64,000 nucleotides of DNA, taken from NCBI RefSeq assembly GCF_902713615.1, contig NC_052154.1, positions 69,708,096 to 69,772,095 on the forward strand, written 5' to 3'. The translations under genes and the position numbers were made by a program. This DNA comes from Scyliorhinus canicula (Eukaryota). The notes under the pieces were generated by a model. It searched no databases. It saw only the letters and a list, made by a program, of their open reading frames with translations, and was not told the origin of the DNA. Shown here piece after piece: positions 37,649 through 50,519 of this stretch (positions within the stretch are counted from its first letter, which is position 1; every line of letters starts with the position of its first letter).

Positions 37649-39141
37649 AAATGACCAGCTGCCTCCGCGGTTCACCCTGTGCAAACCCTGGCCTGACTCC
37701 AGTTCCACTACTGCAAAGATGAGAAGCACTGGGTTTGGGAAACGGGACTTCGAAATTGCAGCTATTTCTGAGATTTTCACTGTGATGGAGAAACTCTCCC
37801 TTCTGGTGAAAAACTGGGCCATGATGTGTGATCCAACCTTCCCTCAGCCCCGATTGTTAATGCTGATTTTTACATTTTGATAAGGAAATTGGCAGGAAAT
37901 TAAGGAATGTGGGTAACCCATGGTGTAATTTCATAACCGTGGTCCATTGGAAGTTCCTCATTTCTAATCATTATCTATTAAATCCTTCTGGAAAATGTGC
38001 ATATCAGGTGACTTCACGAGCAGGTTCAGTTCTGACAAATCTCCAGACAAGGTTGCTGAAATTCACTGGGCTGAATTTTATGGTCCTTCCTGCCGGCAGG
38101 ATGTTCATGTCCGGCAATGATCCCCTCTTCCCCTTCTCCCCAACGGCGCAACTAGCGAACAACACAATTCGCCATAAACATTGGCGGGATGAGAATATCC
38201 TGCTGGCAGCCAATGGTGAGGAGCCTCTGCTGCCACAAAGCACCCTGTGGGGACGAAGGCACCCGCCCATTGTCTGGACTCAAGCCAGGGGTAAAAATCT
38301 GCTAGGCCCAATGGAACTGCAGCCCTTCAGGGGAGGGATCTAGAGGGAAGAGGGGTTTTACACACAATCATTTTGTTCAGCCAAATAAAAGCTTGAAGCT
38401 TTAAATGTTCATGTTGTAAATAAAGACACCCACACATAATTGCTATTAAAACTGTGAAAATTAAATCAATATTTTTTTTTTACTGAATTCTCAAAAGTGC
38501 TCATGTACATGCATATTTTATGAAGATATTGAATATTTTGACCATACAGTGCTTGTAGGAGGACTGCACAGATGAATCTGAATTATTTTCAATGTTGAAG
38601 CCTGTGCTGGAAACAACGTGGGTCAAGGATTTAGTGACGGGATGTCCTTGCCTTCCAGGGATCATGCTGGTTAAAGTGACTGGATCAATTTATGTGATGT
38701 GGCCTTTCCCGGAGCAAGGCCCCAGGTGGAGACCAAAGAGGCCACGTTCTGACTGGAATATGTCCCACATGTGCTTATCCCATAGATATACTTAGCAAAA
38801 CTGACAGCGAATGCGTGCTAGCCTGAAACCGCAAGAAAGTGCTTATACTCCAATGGGATGGCAGAACAGTGAACCAGTTCTCTGAGATTGTAACACCAGT
38901 CATGATCCTTTCTCCCAGCTGAATGTAGGAGCATGTCAAGAATGTAAGGAGATGTCCTTCTGGCTGTAGCAGTCGTGTGATTTGAAGGCCTGAAATTTAT
39001 GGAGTTGGGAGTGTAATATTGTATCTGTGGTCTATGATGATGCTTTTTGTTCAAGCCTCTAACCTCTGGAATTTCATCCCAAAGCCTGTCCATCTATCCA
39101 ACTCTCTTCCGTTCTTTAAGATACATCCTTAAAGCTACCTC

Positions 39142-39367
39142 TTTTTTAAAAAATTTAGATTACCCAATTATTTTTTCCAATTAAGGGGCAATTTAGTGTG
39201 GCCAATCCACCTACCCTGCACATTTTTTTGGGTTGTGGGGGCTAAACCCACGCAGACACGGGGAGAATGTGCAAACTCCACACGGACAGTGACCCAGAGC
39301 TGGGATCGAACCTGGGACCTCAGCGCCGTGAGGCGGTTGTGCTAACCACTAGGCCACCGTGCTGCCC
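39142..39367 (-). mobile_element. A-tailed V-SINE with ~13-bp TSD
   Basis: ttaaag(c/t)tacctc at 39129-39141 and 39368-39380. Confidence 0.9.
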
Positions 39368-39792
39368 TTAAAGTTACCTCTTTGACCAAGTTTTTGATCA
39401 ACTACCCTAAGATCTCTTTATATAACTCGGTGTCAACTTTTCTACTGTTGTGCTTTGTTGAAGCACTTTGGATTGTTTCATTGTGTGAAAGACTCAATAT
39501 AAATTTAATTTGCTGTTATGGCTGGTGGAGGTACTAAAGAGTCGGAAAGGCAGGTCATTGTTTTTTTTCACATTTCATAGTCCTCGCCCTCTCACCGGCA
39601 ATGCTCCAGCAGATTGGTAAAGGAGAAACGCCCTCCTGCAGGCCGGGGCCTGGTCCAGTTGAATCTCTTGATCAGAGGTAAACCTCCATTGTTCGGCAGA
39701 GGCCCACGAGACCTCTCCTAGCACACAGCAGATAATGGTCAATGACAGTCAGGATTCCTGACTCTATCTCTGGGGTTTCTGAGTTCTTATTT

Positions 39793-40080
39793 TAGAAGAT
39801 CCATAGATTCCCTACAGTGCAGAAGGAGGCCATTTGGCCCACTGAGTCTGCACCGACTCTCCAAATGGCAATCCTACCTAGGCTCCCTCTCCCACTCTGT
39901 AACCTTGCGTATTGATCCTAATCTGCATACCTTTGGACTGTGAAAGGAAACCGCAGCACCCGGAGGAAACACGCAGAACACGGGGAGAACACAGAAACTC
40001 CACACAGTAACTCACCAAGGCCGAATCGAATCTGGATCCCTCGCATTGAAGCAGTAGTGCTAACCACTGAGCCACCGCAC
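39793..40080 (-). mobile_element. HE1-like V-SINE
   Basis: CR1-type tail catagattccctacagtgcagaaggaggcc plus V domain and tRNA head. Confidence 0.85.
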
Positions 40081-40460
40081 CTCCTTAAGATGTGGGGACT
40101 CTTTCCCAGGCTGAAAACTTCAGATAGATTTCGGCACAGAGATTAGGCTCTACTCTTCAGACAGACCCTGCCTCACCAATACCTTCATTTCCATTGTCCA
40201 AATTGTTTTATTTAATCCTCTTCTGGGTTGTTGGAATCTTAGTTGAGTTACTTCAATGGGTTAGCGATAAATTGCTGCACTGAGTGTCCATCCCCATCAG
40301 GAGCACAATCAGTGTCATATGTGGCTTTCCATTGACACTTCATGGCATAAATCTCGATGTACAATGCAGCTACATTATTTTCACCATGGGTCCAGAGCAA
40401 CAGGCAAAACAGGGAATTGGGCAGAATCATAGTCGATGCTGTTATGGAAAGACAGTACAA

Positions 40461-40727
40461 TATAGAACATAGAACATAGAACGATACAGCGCAGTACAGG
40501 CCCTTCGGCCCTCAATGTTGCACCGACATGGAAAAAAACTAAAGGCCATCTAACCTACACTATGCCCTTATCATCCATATGCTTATCCAATAAACTTTTA
40601 AATGCCCTCAATGTTGGCGAGTTCACTACTGTTGCAGGTAGGACATTCCACGGCCTCACCACTCTTTGCGTAAAAAACCCACCTCTGACCTCTGTCCTAT
40701 ATCTATTACCCCTCAATTTAAGGCTAT
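40461..40727 (-). mobile_element. CR1 3' end fragment
   Basis: (TAGAACA)n tail; same subfamily as 9258. Confidence 0.85.
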
Positions 40728-40749
40728 GATTGCACTATTTTGAAAAGTG

Positions 40750-41490
40750 TAGATCAGCATTGGGATGTCAATATTCATATACTCAAATCCTTAAGGCAGA
40801 GCAAGTTGATAAGGTGCTCAAAAAGATTAGTTACTTTCCCTCAAATAAATAAATAATAATATTTCTTGTCACAAGTAGGTTTACATTGCCACTGCAATAA
40901 AGTTACTGTGGAAAGCCCCTAGTCGCCCCATTAATAAATCTAACAGATTGTGCCAGCACTATATAAATCATTGGTTAGTTCTCAGCTGGAGCACTGTAGA
41001 CGATTCTAGGCATCACACTGTAAATGCATTAGAGAGTGCGCAGGATAAGGCCTTACAGGGATGTTACCAGAGATGAGAGACTTCAGTTATGAGGGGAGAT
41101 TGAAAACATTAGGACCATTTGCCTTGGAATAGAGAAAGTCAAGAGGGACTGGTGGAGATTTTCGAAATGATATGGGGTTTTGAGAGTGTTGATGGTGAAA
41201 ATGATTTCTTATGGAAAGTGCATCAATATCTAGCATCCACAGGTTAAAATTTAACTGGCAAAAGGTCGAAGGAGACATACGGAGATATATTTTGCACTCA
41301 AGAGTTGGTGGGTATTTGGAATGTTCTACCTGAAAAGGTATTAGAAGTCGATTCTGTAAATAAAAGGGAGTTCGACAGATGAGGAATTTACAGGGTTGCA
41401 AACAAAAGGCAGGAATGTGGGATTAAGCATTACCGCTCTTTTCAAGAGCCAACACAGAATAAAAGCCTGAACGACCTACTTCTGTGCTAC
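40750..41490 (+). mobile_element. Highly decayed CR1 fragment, with a SINE tail at ~40855-40930
   Basis: Residual CR1 ORF2 and 3' UTR motifs. Confidence 0.55.
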
Positions 41491-41673
41491 AATTCTATTA
41501 AACAGGGACATAACATCCCTTTCCAATGAAGCATGACGGCAACATTTGAAAAAAACGTAATAAATATTTTTTGGAAACAAGTCTGCACGTTTCCCTGATT
41601 CTGCTCGAATATCCAGCTGCAAATTTATAGCCATTTCTGCAGATGGCCCACACTCTCCATGGTGAGTGCTATT

Positions 41674-42414
41674 ATAATAAATATAATTTTTATTCAAATT
41701 TTTCAACAACAAATTTTCTCCCAACAGTTAAAGTAAACAAGATGTAAAACTAAACAGAAACAGAAAAAGAAATTCCCCCCCAATACAAAGTAATAATTTA
41801 ATAACTAATAGCAATACAAGAAAGGAAATAGCAAACACACTGTCGCAAAAAACAACCCCCCCCCCGCCCGGGTTGCTGCTGAGACTGACCACCCACTGCC
41901 CCTCCGCCAGGAAATCGAGAAAAGGCTGCCACCGCCGGAAGAACCCTTGTACCGACCCCCTCAGGGCAAACTTAACCTTTTCCAGCCTGATGAACCCGGC
42001 CATGTCATTGATCCAGGCCTCCGGGCTCGGGGGCTTTGCGTCCCTCCACTGTAAGAGAATCCTACGCCGGGCTACTAGGGACGCAAAGGCCAGGGTACAG
42101 GCCTCTCTCGCCTCCTGCACTCCCGGCTCCGATGCTACCCCAAAGATCGCGAGCCCCCAGCCTGGCTCCACCCTGGAACCGACCACCCTGGACAAAGTCC
42201 CCGCCATCCCCTTCCAAAACCCCTCCAACGCCGGACATGCCCAAAACATGTGGATGTGGTTCGCCGGGCCTCCCAAACACCTCCCGTACCTGTCCTCCCC
42301 CCCAAAGAACCGGCTCATCCTGGCCCCAGTCATGTGCACCCTATGCAGCACCTTCAGCTGAATTAAGCTGAGCCGTGCGCAAGAAAAGGACGAGTTCACC
42401 CTCCCCAGGGCAGA
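41674..42414 (-). mobile_element. L1/Tx1-clade 3' fragment with 11-bp TSD
   Basis: ORF 41728-42399 (CARLSLIQLKVLHR...HMFWACP); tgagtgctatt at 41663-41673 and 42415-42425. Confidence 0.92.
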
Positions 42415-42965
42415 TGAGTGCTATTTTTAATGAGTAACTGGACCTTGCTTAATGAGTAGCCTTTACTTGCTGTTCTTTTAGTCAGTGGGATACCACTAAA
42501 TAAATATTAATTTGATCATTTAAAACGATATCCCAGTGTGATTTCACATCTGCAAACCTACAACTCTGGAGGAAATTACTGTGTACTGCACAAACCAAAT
42601 GCCAAAACCATTTCCTTTCCAACATCGAAGATAGGAAGGGGCTTTTAAGCACATAAATGTTGCCGTCTCTCTCTTTCTCTCAAACACAGAGCTGGATATA
42701 TGACTTATTGGGGTCAGGTTATATAAGGTTCCAATGTAGGAAAGATAAGGGAGAAAAACAGAAAGGCAATACGGCAGGGATTAAGAGTAAGGTTACCAAA
42801 CAGAGGCAGGTTTGAATTATATTTATATAAATATCTAACATAGGTTGGGATTATCCTGCCCCATCAATAGCAGGCATTATCCTGCCCGCAACGATGCCCG
42901 GCAGAGAATCTCGCCCATGTGCTGGAATTGGCCAGCTACAGGTAAAACCTGGTATATATGGGTAT

Positions 42966-43214
42966 TGTAGAACCCGAGCAGGAGAGACAACGGGAACACA
43001 CGGAAGGGAAGAAATGAACAGCTGCTTTATTACGGTATACATAGAATCATGAAAACTACTACTCCTCTCACCGAAGGACCACCCTCCCTGGCCTGCACCC
43101 AGGTCAGGGTTTTTATACAGAGTAGTTTCCCCTTGTTAAGGGAGTTCATGCTCAGCTGTGTAAGGGGGAAATCAAATGGAGCACAGTCCTTGGCCCCCGA
43201 AGGGGGTCATAACA
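42966..43214 (-). mobile_element. Short LTR-like element
   Basis: TG...CA termini, TATAAA and AATAAA in LTR order on the minus strand; no TSD. Confidence 0.5.
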
Positions 43215-43329
43215 CATATAATATAAAAGTATTACAGAAATGTGACATAAACCAAGTCAGGTCTGGGTCATAAATATTGTTATGTATAAACTGGTCAGGA
43301 TGGATTCAGCATTAAACAAATTATTCCAC

Positions 43330-43570
43330 GGGCGGCCGGTGCCATGTTGCTCGGCGCGACCCCTGCAGGCCTCCGCCTTGCGCATGCACGGCCACGGACC
43401 CGGCAATTCACCGGGGCATATCGGCAGCTCGAGCCGTCCTGTTGCCGTCCTGCTAGCCCCCAACAAAACGGGGAATCGATGGCCGTTTTGTGCCATTTTG
43501 TCTGGGGTACAACGCCACCATTCCCACGCCAGCGTGGGGACATAACCCCAGAATCGGAGAATCCAGCCCC
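43330..43570. mobile_element. Right half of a GC-rich MITE
   Basis: Ends in ggagaatccagccc; homologous to the 10669 and 5675 family. Confidence 0.75.
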
Positions 43571-43624
43571 TTGTATTTATATTGTGCTTTTCATGTCCTC
43601 AAGACAACTCATTGTCCTTTCCGT

Positions 43625-44370
43625 GATGTTCATGCTGATTTGCATGGGTGCACAGCAGCACGAAAACTGCGGGAGGCAACACCACACACGCAGCACTCAA
43701 CATCTGAACACCCAGGAATGGGACACAGCTCCAGGGGCATGTCCACGGCCGAAGAGTGGGTAGATGCTACAGGGAGGGGGAGATGCCTGGAGAGATGGGC
43801 CAAGGGTTCGGAGGTCGACCCGCATTGCGAAAGAAAGTGACACTGGTTGTGCACACGAGTGTTTAATGTGTTTTACAATCCTCTACTCTCCTGATGGTGC
43901 TCCCTTGGGAGGGGGATGTTGGTGTCTACTCACTCATGCTGTCCGGTGTAGGTCGTTGACCTTTCTTCGGTACTGAAGGCCAATCCTCCTGATCACACTC
44001 ACCGAGCTCACAGCTGCCGCTATCTCATCCCAGGCAACACTGGCTGTCCCATGGCAGACTCCCCTGGTCCCTTGGGGGAACAGGACATCCCTTCTGCCCT
44101 CCACGGCATCCAGCAGCCTTCCCACATCTGCGTTCCTGAATCATGAGGCTGGCTGGGCAAGTGCAGCCTAAGTGATGCTCGGCCTCGTTAGTGGGGGGCT
44201 GGCGAGCCCGGTCCTGGCAAATCAGCTGACGAGCCTTTAATTGCGGCGAGAAGCCCACGAGGCCTCATTGAGGGGACCAATTAAGGCTGGATTGTATTGC
44301 CGGCCTCGCTGGGCCGAGCGCCGGGAAGCTCGCGGCAATTTCCGTTCGCTATTTCCAGAGAATTGCGCCT
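43625..44370. mobile_element. Internally deleted derivative of the 48320-52604 Harbinger family
   Basis: Myb exon 1 on minus (LLDAVEGRRDVLFP...WDEIAAAVS...RRKVNDL); right end matches 52370-52600; ~43780-43880 matches ~50357-50460. Confidence 0.8.
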
Positions 44371-45969
44371 TCTATTTCAGAGAGCAAGGACAGTGAAAGA
44401 TCTAGAAGGCTTGTTGTGTACACAATTCCAAGATTATTTTGAAAAGAGCAAATACTTAATATTTTATTGGACTGTAAACTAATCTACACGAGATGCTCTG
44501 TGCAAATAGCTGAATTTGCATTCAGCAGGCTGCCCAGTTTCCCTGTTTTTCCCAATTCATTATAATCTCTACTACAGCACTGAATGCAGGGATTTGTTAA
44601 TAATTCCTTGTAAAGCTGCCGAGTTCTTGAGTCTTGCGTAGATTTACATATTGCAACAGTATTTTTTCCCAGCAGCAAAATTAGGTCAAGAGCTTCTGTG
44701 CCATTAATATTTAACAGGAGATGTTTTGACTTCTGAGAATTAAGGATCCATTGCCTTGGGGTTTTTTGTTCTATATTGGCTTATGTTTGACAAAGTAGGA
44801 ATTTATGATTTATGTACCTAATCTATTGTTTTTAAGACTTTGTCTCTTACTGATGATACGATAGTGACAGCATTACTGCTATCATTTCCGATCTCAGTGA
44901 TCCTAAGCTACAGAAGAGAGGCAAAAGAGATTTGAGTCAAGCTGGCCTAAGAGGTGCGACACTCTACACAGTTGAATAGAATATTGGCAGCTAATGTTTT
45001 GGCTTTCAGAGTGGGCAACTTGGCAAGGTACTAGAAAAATTACCAATGCCTCCAGAACTAAACTGGTAAGATTTCAGAGCCTGCATGAGGGAAGGGGGAA
45101 CTAATATGTCATGATAAATCGGTACTAATGAGGAGAATATGTTTCCACAAATACCAAGACAGGGTGTAGTTCTTCACAGGAAAGCATAGGAAAAGGCAGA
45201 ATGGCCAATTACACTGCAATAAATATATCCAAACATTTAAGCAAAAGGTACAAAATTTGGGGAGTCTTGGAAAATCCTTGCATTTGAGCCTGGAAGTGGA
45301 TCCATAGAGAAATGACAGATGCCGTAAAGATGCAGGAAGGAAGCCAGTAATGTTTTATTGTTAATTCCTGCAAGAGCTGCGGTGTCCCTCTGTGGAAAGC
45401 TGTTTGACAATTCTATCGATTGCCAGTGATTGCAGGACTGTCAGACTGATTGAGAAACAGGCCCAAACGTTAACTACATGAAAGGGTAGCTGCATGGTTT
45501 CCTGCGAATATAGGATTTTATGTTCTTGAGGGAGGCGAACTGGATAACTCAAGGGATGAAAGCTCACAATGGATTAGACTCAAGGCTCACCACTGGGCTG
45601 CAAACAGCATCAAGATTTGTGCGGAATGCATTGATCATTTAGCTCATCATAACCTGTGTGTTCCTTTTTCAGTTTTTAGATTTCTACATGCGAGGCAAGT
45701 GACTGTGCCATTAGCAATGGTCAGCAAAACGTAGATTATAATTATAGACACAGGATGATGGGAAAATAATGATGGAGAGCTCAGAATAAATTGTTGCAGC
45801 TCCTTCTTTTCATCTTGATGTCTATTAAACTTTAGAACAGTTAGAATCCTTTCACTCGTGAGATAACTGACGAATAAAAACATCAGCTGTACCCAGAGTT
45901 GCTCGTGGCAAACGCGACCAGATTCCCAAGATTGGGTTTTAATAGAGAGAGGGCAGGATGAATTGTATT

Positions 45970-46195
45970 TTTTTTTTAAATTTAGAGTGCCCCATTAATT
46001 TTTTCCCAATTAAGGGACAATTTAGCATGGCCAATCCACCTAACCTGCACATCTTTGGGTTGTGGGGGCGAAAACCACGCAAACACGGGGAGAATGTGCA
46101 AATTCCACACGGACAGTGACCCAGAGCCGGGATCGAACCTGGAACCTTGGCGCCGTGAAGCAGCAGGGCTAACCCACTGCACCACTGTGTTGCCC
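45970..46195 (-). mobile_element. A-tailed V-SINE with ~14-bp TSD
   Basis: tgaattgtattttt on both sides. Confidence 0.9.
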
Positions 46196-46450
46196 TTGAA
46201 TTGTATTTTTAAAATTCATTTATGAGATGTCGACCTCACTGTCTCGACCAACATTTAATGCCCGTCCCTAACTGTCCTCGAGAAAATGGTGGTGAGCTGC
46301 CTTCTTGAACTGCTGCACTCCCTGTCATGTTGGTACATCCACAGTGCAATTAGGGAGGGAATTCCAGGATTTTGACCCAATAACAGTAAGTTATGATGTA
46401 TTTCCAAGTCAGGATAGTGTGACTTGGGGGTGGATGGGGGATGATGACAT

Positions 46451-46780
46451 TATCATAGACTTTACAGTGCAGAAGGAGGCCACTCGGCCCATCGAGTCTG
46501 CACCGGCCCCTGGAAAGAGCACCCCACCGGAGGTCAACACCTCCACCCTAACCCCATAACCCAGTAACCCCACCCAACACCAAGGGCAATTTATCATGGC
46601 CAATCCATCTAACCTGCACATCTTTGGACTGTGGGAGGAAACCGGAGCACCCAGAGGAAACCCACGCACACACGGGGAGGATGTGCAGACTCCGCACAGA
46701 CAGTGACCCAAGCCGGAATCGAACCTGGGACCCTGGAGCTGTGAAGCAATTGTGCTATCCACAATGCTACCGTGCTGCCC
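46451..46780 (-). mobile_element. HE1-like V-SINE inside an L2/CR1-like 3' fragment (~46213-46850)
   Basis: Complete head, V domain and CR1-type tail. Confidence 0.88.
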
Positions 46781-46973
46781 CTGTCGCAGGTGATGGCATT
46801 TCCAAGTGTTTGCTGCACTTGTTCTTCGAGGTGGTAGGGCTGATGGGTTTGAAATTGCGTTATTTGTATGTTGGTTTCCCTGCTCCCCGCATCCAAACTC
46901 CTACAGCAAGCCCCAATCACCGTCACACCCAGCCACCCATCCACCCTCTCCACACCCAGGTGGTATACACAAT

Positions 46974-47645
46974 GGGCGGGATTCTCCCGAATCTCCCGAC
47001 ACCGGCGTAAAAAAATGACGCGAACCACTCCGGCATCAGGCCAACCGGAAGTTTCGGAATCCTCCACTAGGCCAGCGGCGGCGGGGTTGGTGCCCCGCCA
47101 GCCGGCGGCGAAGGGCCAACGTGAGTTAGCACATGTGCCGAACCGCTGCCGTGGTTCCGCGCATGCGCAGACCAGCCGGCGTATTCTTGCGCATGCGCAT
47201 TGGGGTGTCTTCTCCGCACCTGCCATGGCAGAGCCCTACAGAGGCCGGCGTGGAAGGAAGGAGTGCCCGCATGGCATGGGCCGCCTGCAGATCGGCGGGC
47301 CCCAATCGCAGGCCAGGCCACTGTGAGGGCCTCCCCCGGGGCCGGATTCCCCCCCCAGGGACCGCACCGACCGGTCTACCAGCTAGGTCCAGCCATGTGG
47401 GACCATGTCCATTTCACGCCGGCGGGACTGGCCAGAAACTGACCAGCGCTCAGCCCATCGGGGCCAGGAGAATTGCCTGGGGGAGGGGGGGCTGCTAATG
47501 GCCCCGACCAGCGTGGCGTGATCCCAGCCCCCCGCCTGAAAACTGCCGCCAGAGAATTCGGCAGCCAGCATCGAAGCGGCAGGGCAGGATTCACGCTGCC
47601 CCCCGGGGATTCGCCTGCCCGGCGGGGGGCCGGAGAATCACGATG
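46974..47645. mobile_element. GC-rich Harbinger-type MITE, TSD AAT
   Basis: TIR gggcgggattctcc / ggagaatcacgatg (mutated tip); aat at 46971-46973 and 47646-47648. Confidence 0.85.
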
Positions 47646-47781
47646 AATATGTTGCAGTGCCTTGATACCAGCAAATGACAGAAATGCCTGGATAGATACA
47701 AAGAGCGAGGATTAAACTTAGTTCAAGCATGCTAACCCCATTTTCCCTGTGAACATTTCACCCCGCATCCTCACCACGTTA

Positions 47782-47907
<126 letters not shown>

Positions 47908-48098
47908 CTACAACAAAAAATTTGAATGAGAACAAGTCCTATTCACACAGCAACTGTTTTATTACTGGCCTTGTTAATACCATCTTAAATCAACTCTGGG
48001 AAGGGTACTGTTCTCGATAGAAAAGGATGTTTGGGTAGTTTGAAACTCAAGAAAGAAACCACTCTTTAAGGCTGAGTTAATGCAGATGAAAGGGCTTG

Positions 48099-48252
48099 NN
48101 NNNNNNNNNNNNNNNNNNNNNNNNNNNNNNNNNNNNNNNNNNNNNNNNNNNNNNNNNNNNNNNNNNNNNNNNNNNNNNNNNNNNNNNNNNNNNNNNNNNN
48201 NNNNNNNNNNNNNNNNNNNNNNNNNNNNNNNNNNNNNNNNNNNNNNNNNNNN
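48099..48252. other. Assembly gap (154 N)
   Basis: Run of N. Confidence 1.
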
Positions 48253-48887
48253 AATGATAAAACAGCAGATGAACTCAGTGATGTTCCCAACTCCCTGTAC
48301 ATGAAAAGTTTGAAAAATTGTCCGCGATTCTCTGGCCTCATTGCGCTCTCGCTCGAGTGAAATGAGGCCGGTGAATAGTGTAAGAGGTCGAAACTGAGAA
48401 CCACGCCAGGCGCCAAACAGTTTGCGATGCAACTGGCACGCACCCGTAGACAAAATTGGGATCTTGCCGTAGCATAGTGAGAAATATTATCATTGAGCAA
48501 TATTTCCATATAATTAACGGGAGACACCCCATATCCGGTCATTAATCAGCCTCCCCAGCAAGTGGTGACACTGGCGTCGATTAGAACTCATTTTTTAAAA
48601 TGTGAACCTGGAGGTTGGGCTTCTGTGGGGAGCCGAGGAGGTGAGTAGCCATCTTTGATGGCGGGGTGTCAGTACCACGATGAGGGGACCAGCGGCAGGT
48701 CCAGGTGCAGTTATGAGTGGGTGTCCAGGGTGCAGGTTTCTGGGTTCCGGTGAGGGGGGCCCGCTGTGGCCGGGGGTGCATGGGCAGGGCATTCAGGATG
48801 GGTGTGGGGGTGACAAAATGGAGGGTCCCGGGGTGGGAGCCACTGCTGTTTATCGGTCTCCCAAAGGCCTTACAGATATTGAACGCT

Positions 48888-50070
48888 ATGGAAGGGATTT
48901 TGGACCCAGCATAACTTGCCCTAGTGGTGCTGTTGCTAGGCCGGGCGGCCAGATGTCAGAGATAGTGGCAGTATCAGCAGATGCTCAAGGCGGCAGACCA
49001 TGTGCCGGACCCCAGCCCACACCCTCAGGATCCGGCTGTCCATCAGGCCACGGACTCTCAGAGGGGTTGTCCTGCGATAGCCTAGTGTGTACACGTGTGC
49101 TGGTTGTTGGAACAAATGACGGTTCAGCACATGTGCCATGCCCTTGTGGACTTGGCACCACATGGAGGAGGAGGACACCCGCTCCCGGTAGCCATCAAAG
49201 TCACTGCAGCCCTTAACTTTTACGCTTTAGGATCATTCCAGGGCTCGAGTTGGCCACAGCCCACAGGTACATCCAGCAGGTCACAGATGCCCCGTTTGCG
49301 CGGGCGGAAAACAACATCAACTTTTACATGGATCGAGCCCAGCAAGATGTCCAGACAGCAGGATTATCCGCCATCGTCGGGGTTGCCACAGGTCCAGGGG
49401 TAGTGGATGGCATGCATGTTGCCCTGCGCTCACCAAGCCATCTGAGAGTGCCCTCTATTAACAGAAAGGGGTTCCACTGCCTCAACGTACAGCTTGTGTT
49501 CGACAACCAGATAAAGATCATGTAACGGTTCCCAGGGAGCGGCACAACAGCTACATCCTGGGGCAGTCGGTCATTCCCGGCCTCTTCGAGGATCACCCCA
49601 GGATGGGCGTCTGGCTCTTGGTGGATAAGGGGTACCCATTGAGCAATGTCGCCAGTACGGAGGCCAAAGACCTAAGTGGAGACCCAATACAACGAGGCCC
49701 ATGTGGCCACCTGGGCTGTGATTGAGAAGCGCATCGGACTCCTCAAAATGCAGTTCCGATGCCTCAACCACTCTGGGGTGCCCTGCAGTACACCCCCAGA
49801 GTGTCGCCCACTTTGTGGTGATCTGCTGTGCCCCCCACAACCTGGCACAGCAGCAGGGCGGCGGGATGGAGGTTGGTGATGAGGAACATGTGCCCAAGGA
49901 GGAGGACGAAGATGATGAGATGGCGCTGGACCGGCAGCGGCTGGAGGACGAGCCCAGGGAGGAACCGGAGGATCAGCCGGAGGCTGCAGGACAGGTGGTT
50001 GCGGTAAGTGTGCATAAAGCCCGTGGGCCAGGGAGGCTCTCATATCACCCTATTCACTTCGGACGTGCAT
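48888..50070 (+). pseudogene. HARBI1-like DDE transposase pseudogene
   Basis: Frameshifted motifs KVTAALNFYALGSFQ, VVDGMHVALR, NRKGFHCLNVQLV, WLLVDKGYP, YNEAHVATWAVIEKRIGLLKMQFRCL, CCAPHN, acidic tail. Confidence 0.92.
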
Positions 50071-50519
50071 GACCTGGTCCGTCATCGCTACCTAACCCAC
50101 CCCCATTCCCATCTCCCACGCTCACAGGGTATGTGTTACATCACACCAGGGTGTTGGGACTGTTGCACCGTCAGCGAGTCACTGTCGAGGGCAGGGGATG
50201 ATGATAACCCGCAGAGAGCTGAGGGCTGGTGCTCTTCAATTCATGCCACAGTCTGACCCCTGCCTGTCTGCTGAGTGCTCGCTCACAGCCATCACATGCA
50301 CGCAGTGTGCCCGGGGCTTTTGGGGGGAGGGGGGGGGGGGGGGGGGGGGGGGGGGCAATGCCTGGAAAGATGTGTCAAGGGTTCAGAGGGCAGCCCGCAT
50401 TGTGGAAGTGACAGAGGTGTCATACTGGTTGTGCACAATGGTGTCTATTTTGTTTGACAACTCCCCCCCGTCCACCCCACCCCCCCCCCCCCCCACCCCC
50501 CCTCCTACCCCAACACCCC

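Noticed and set aside
47974-48542. ORFs spanning the N gap
   Set aside because: Artefacts of read-through across Ns.
48888-50070. Host HARBI1 gene
   Set aside because: Multiple frameshifts and stops, flanked by TIRs/TSD and paired with a Myb gene: a transposon relic, not the domesticated gene.
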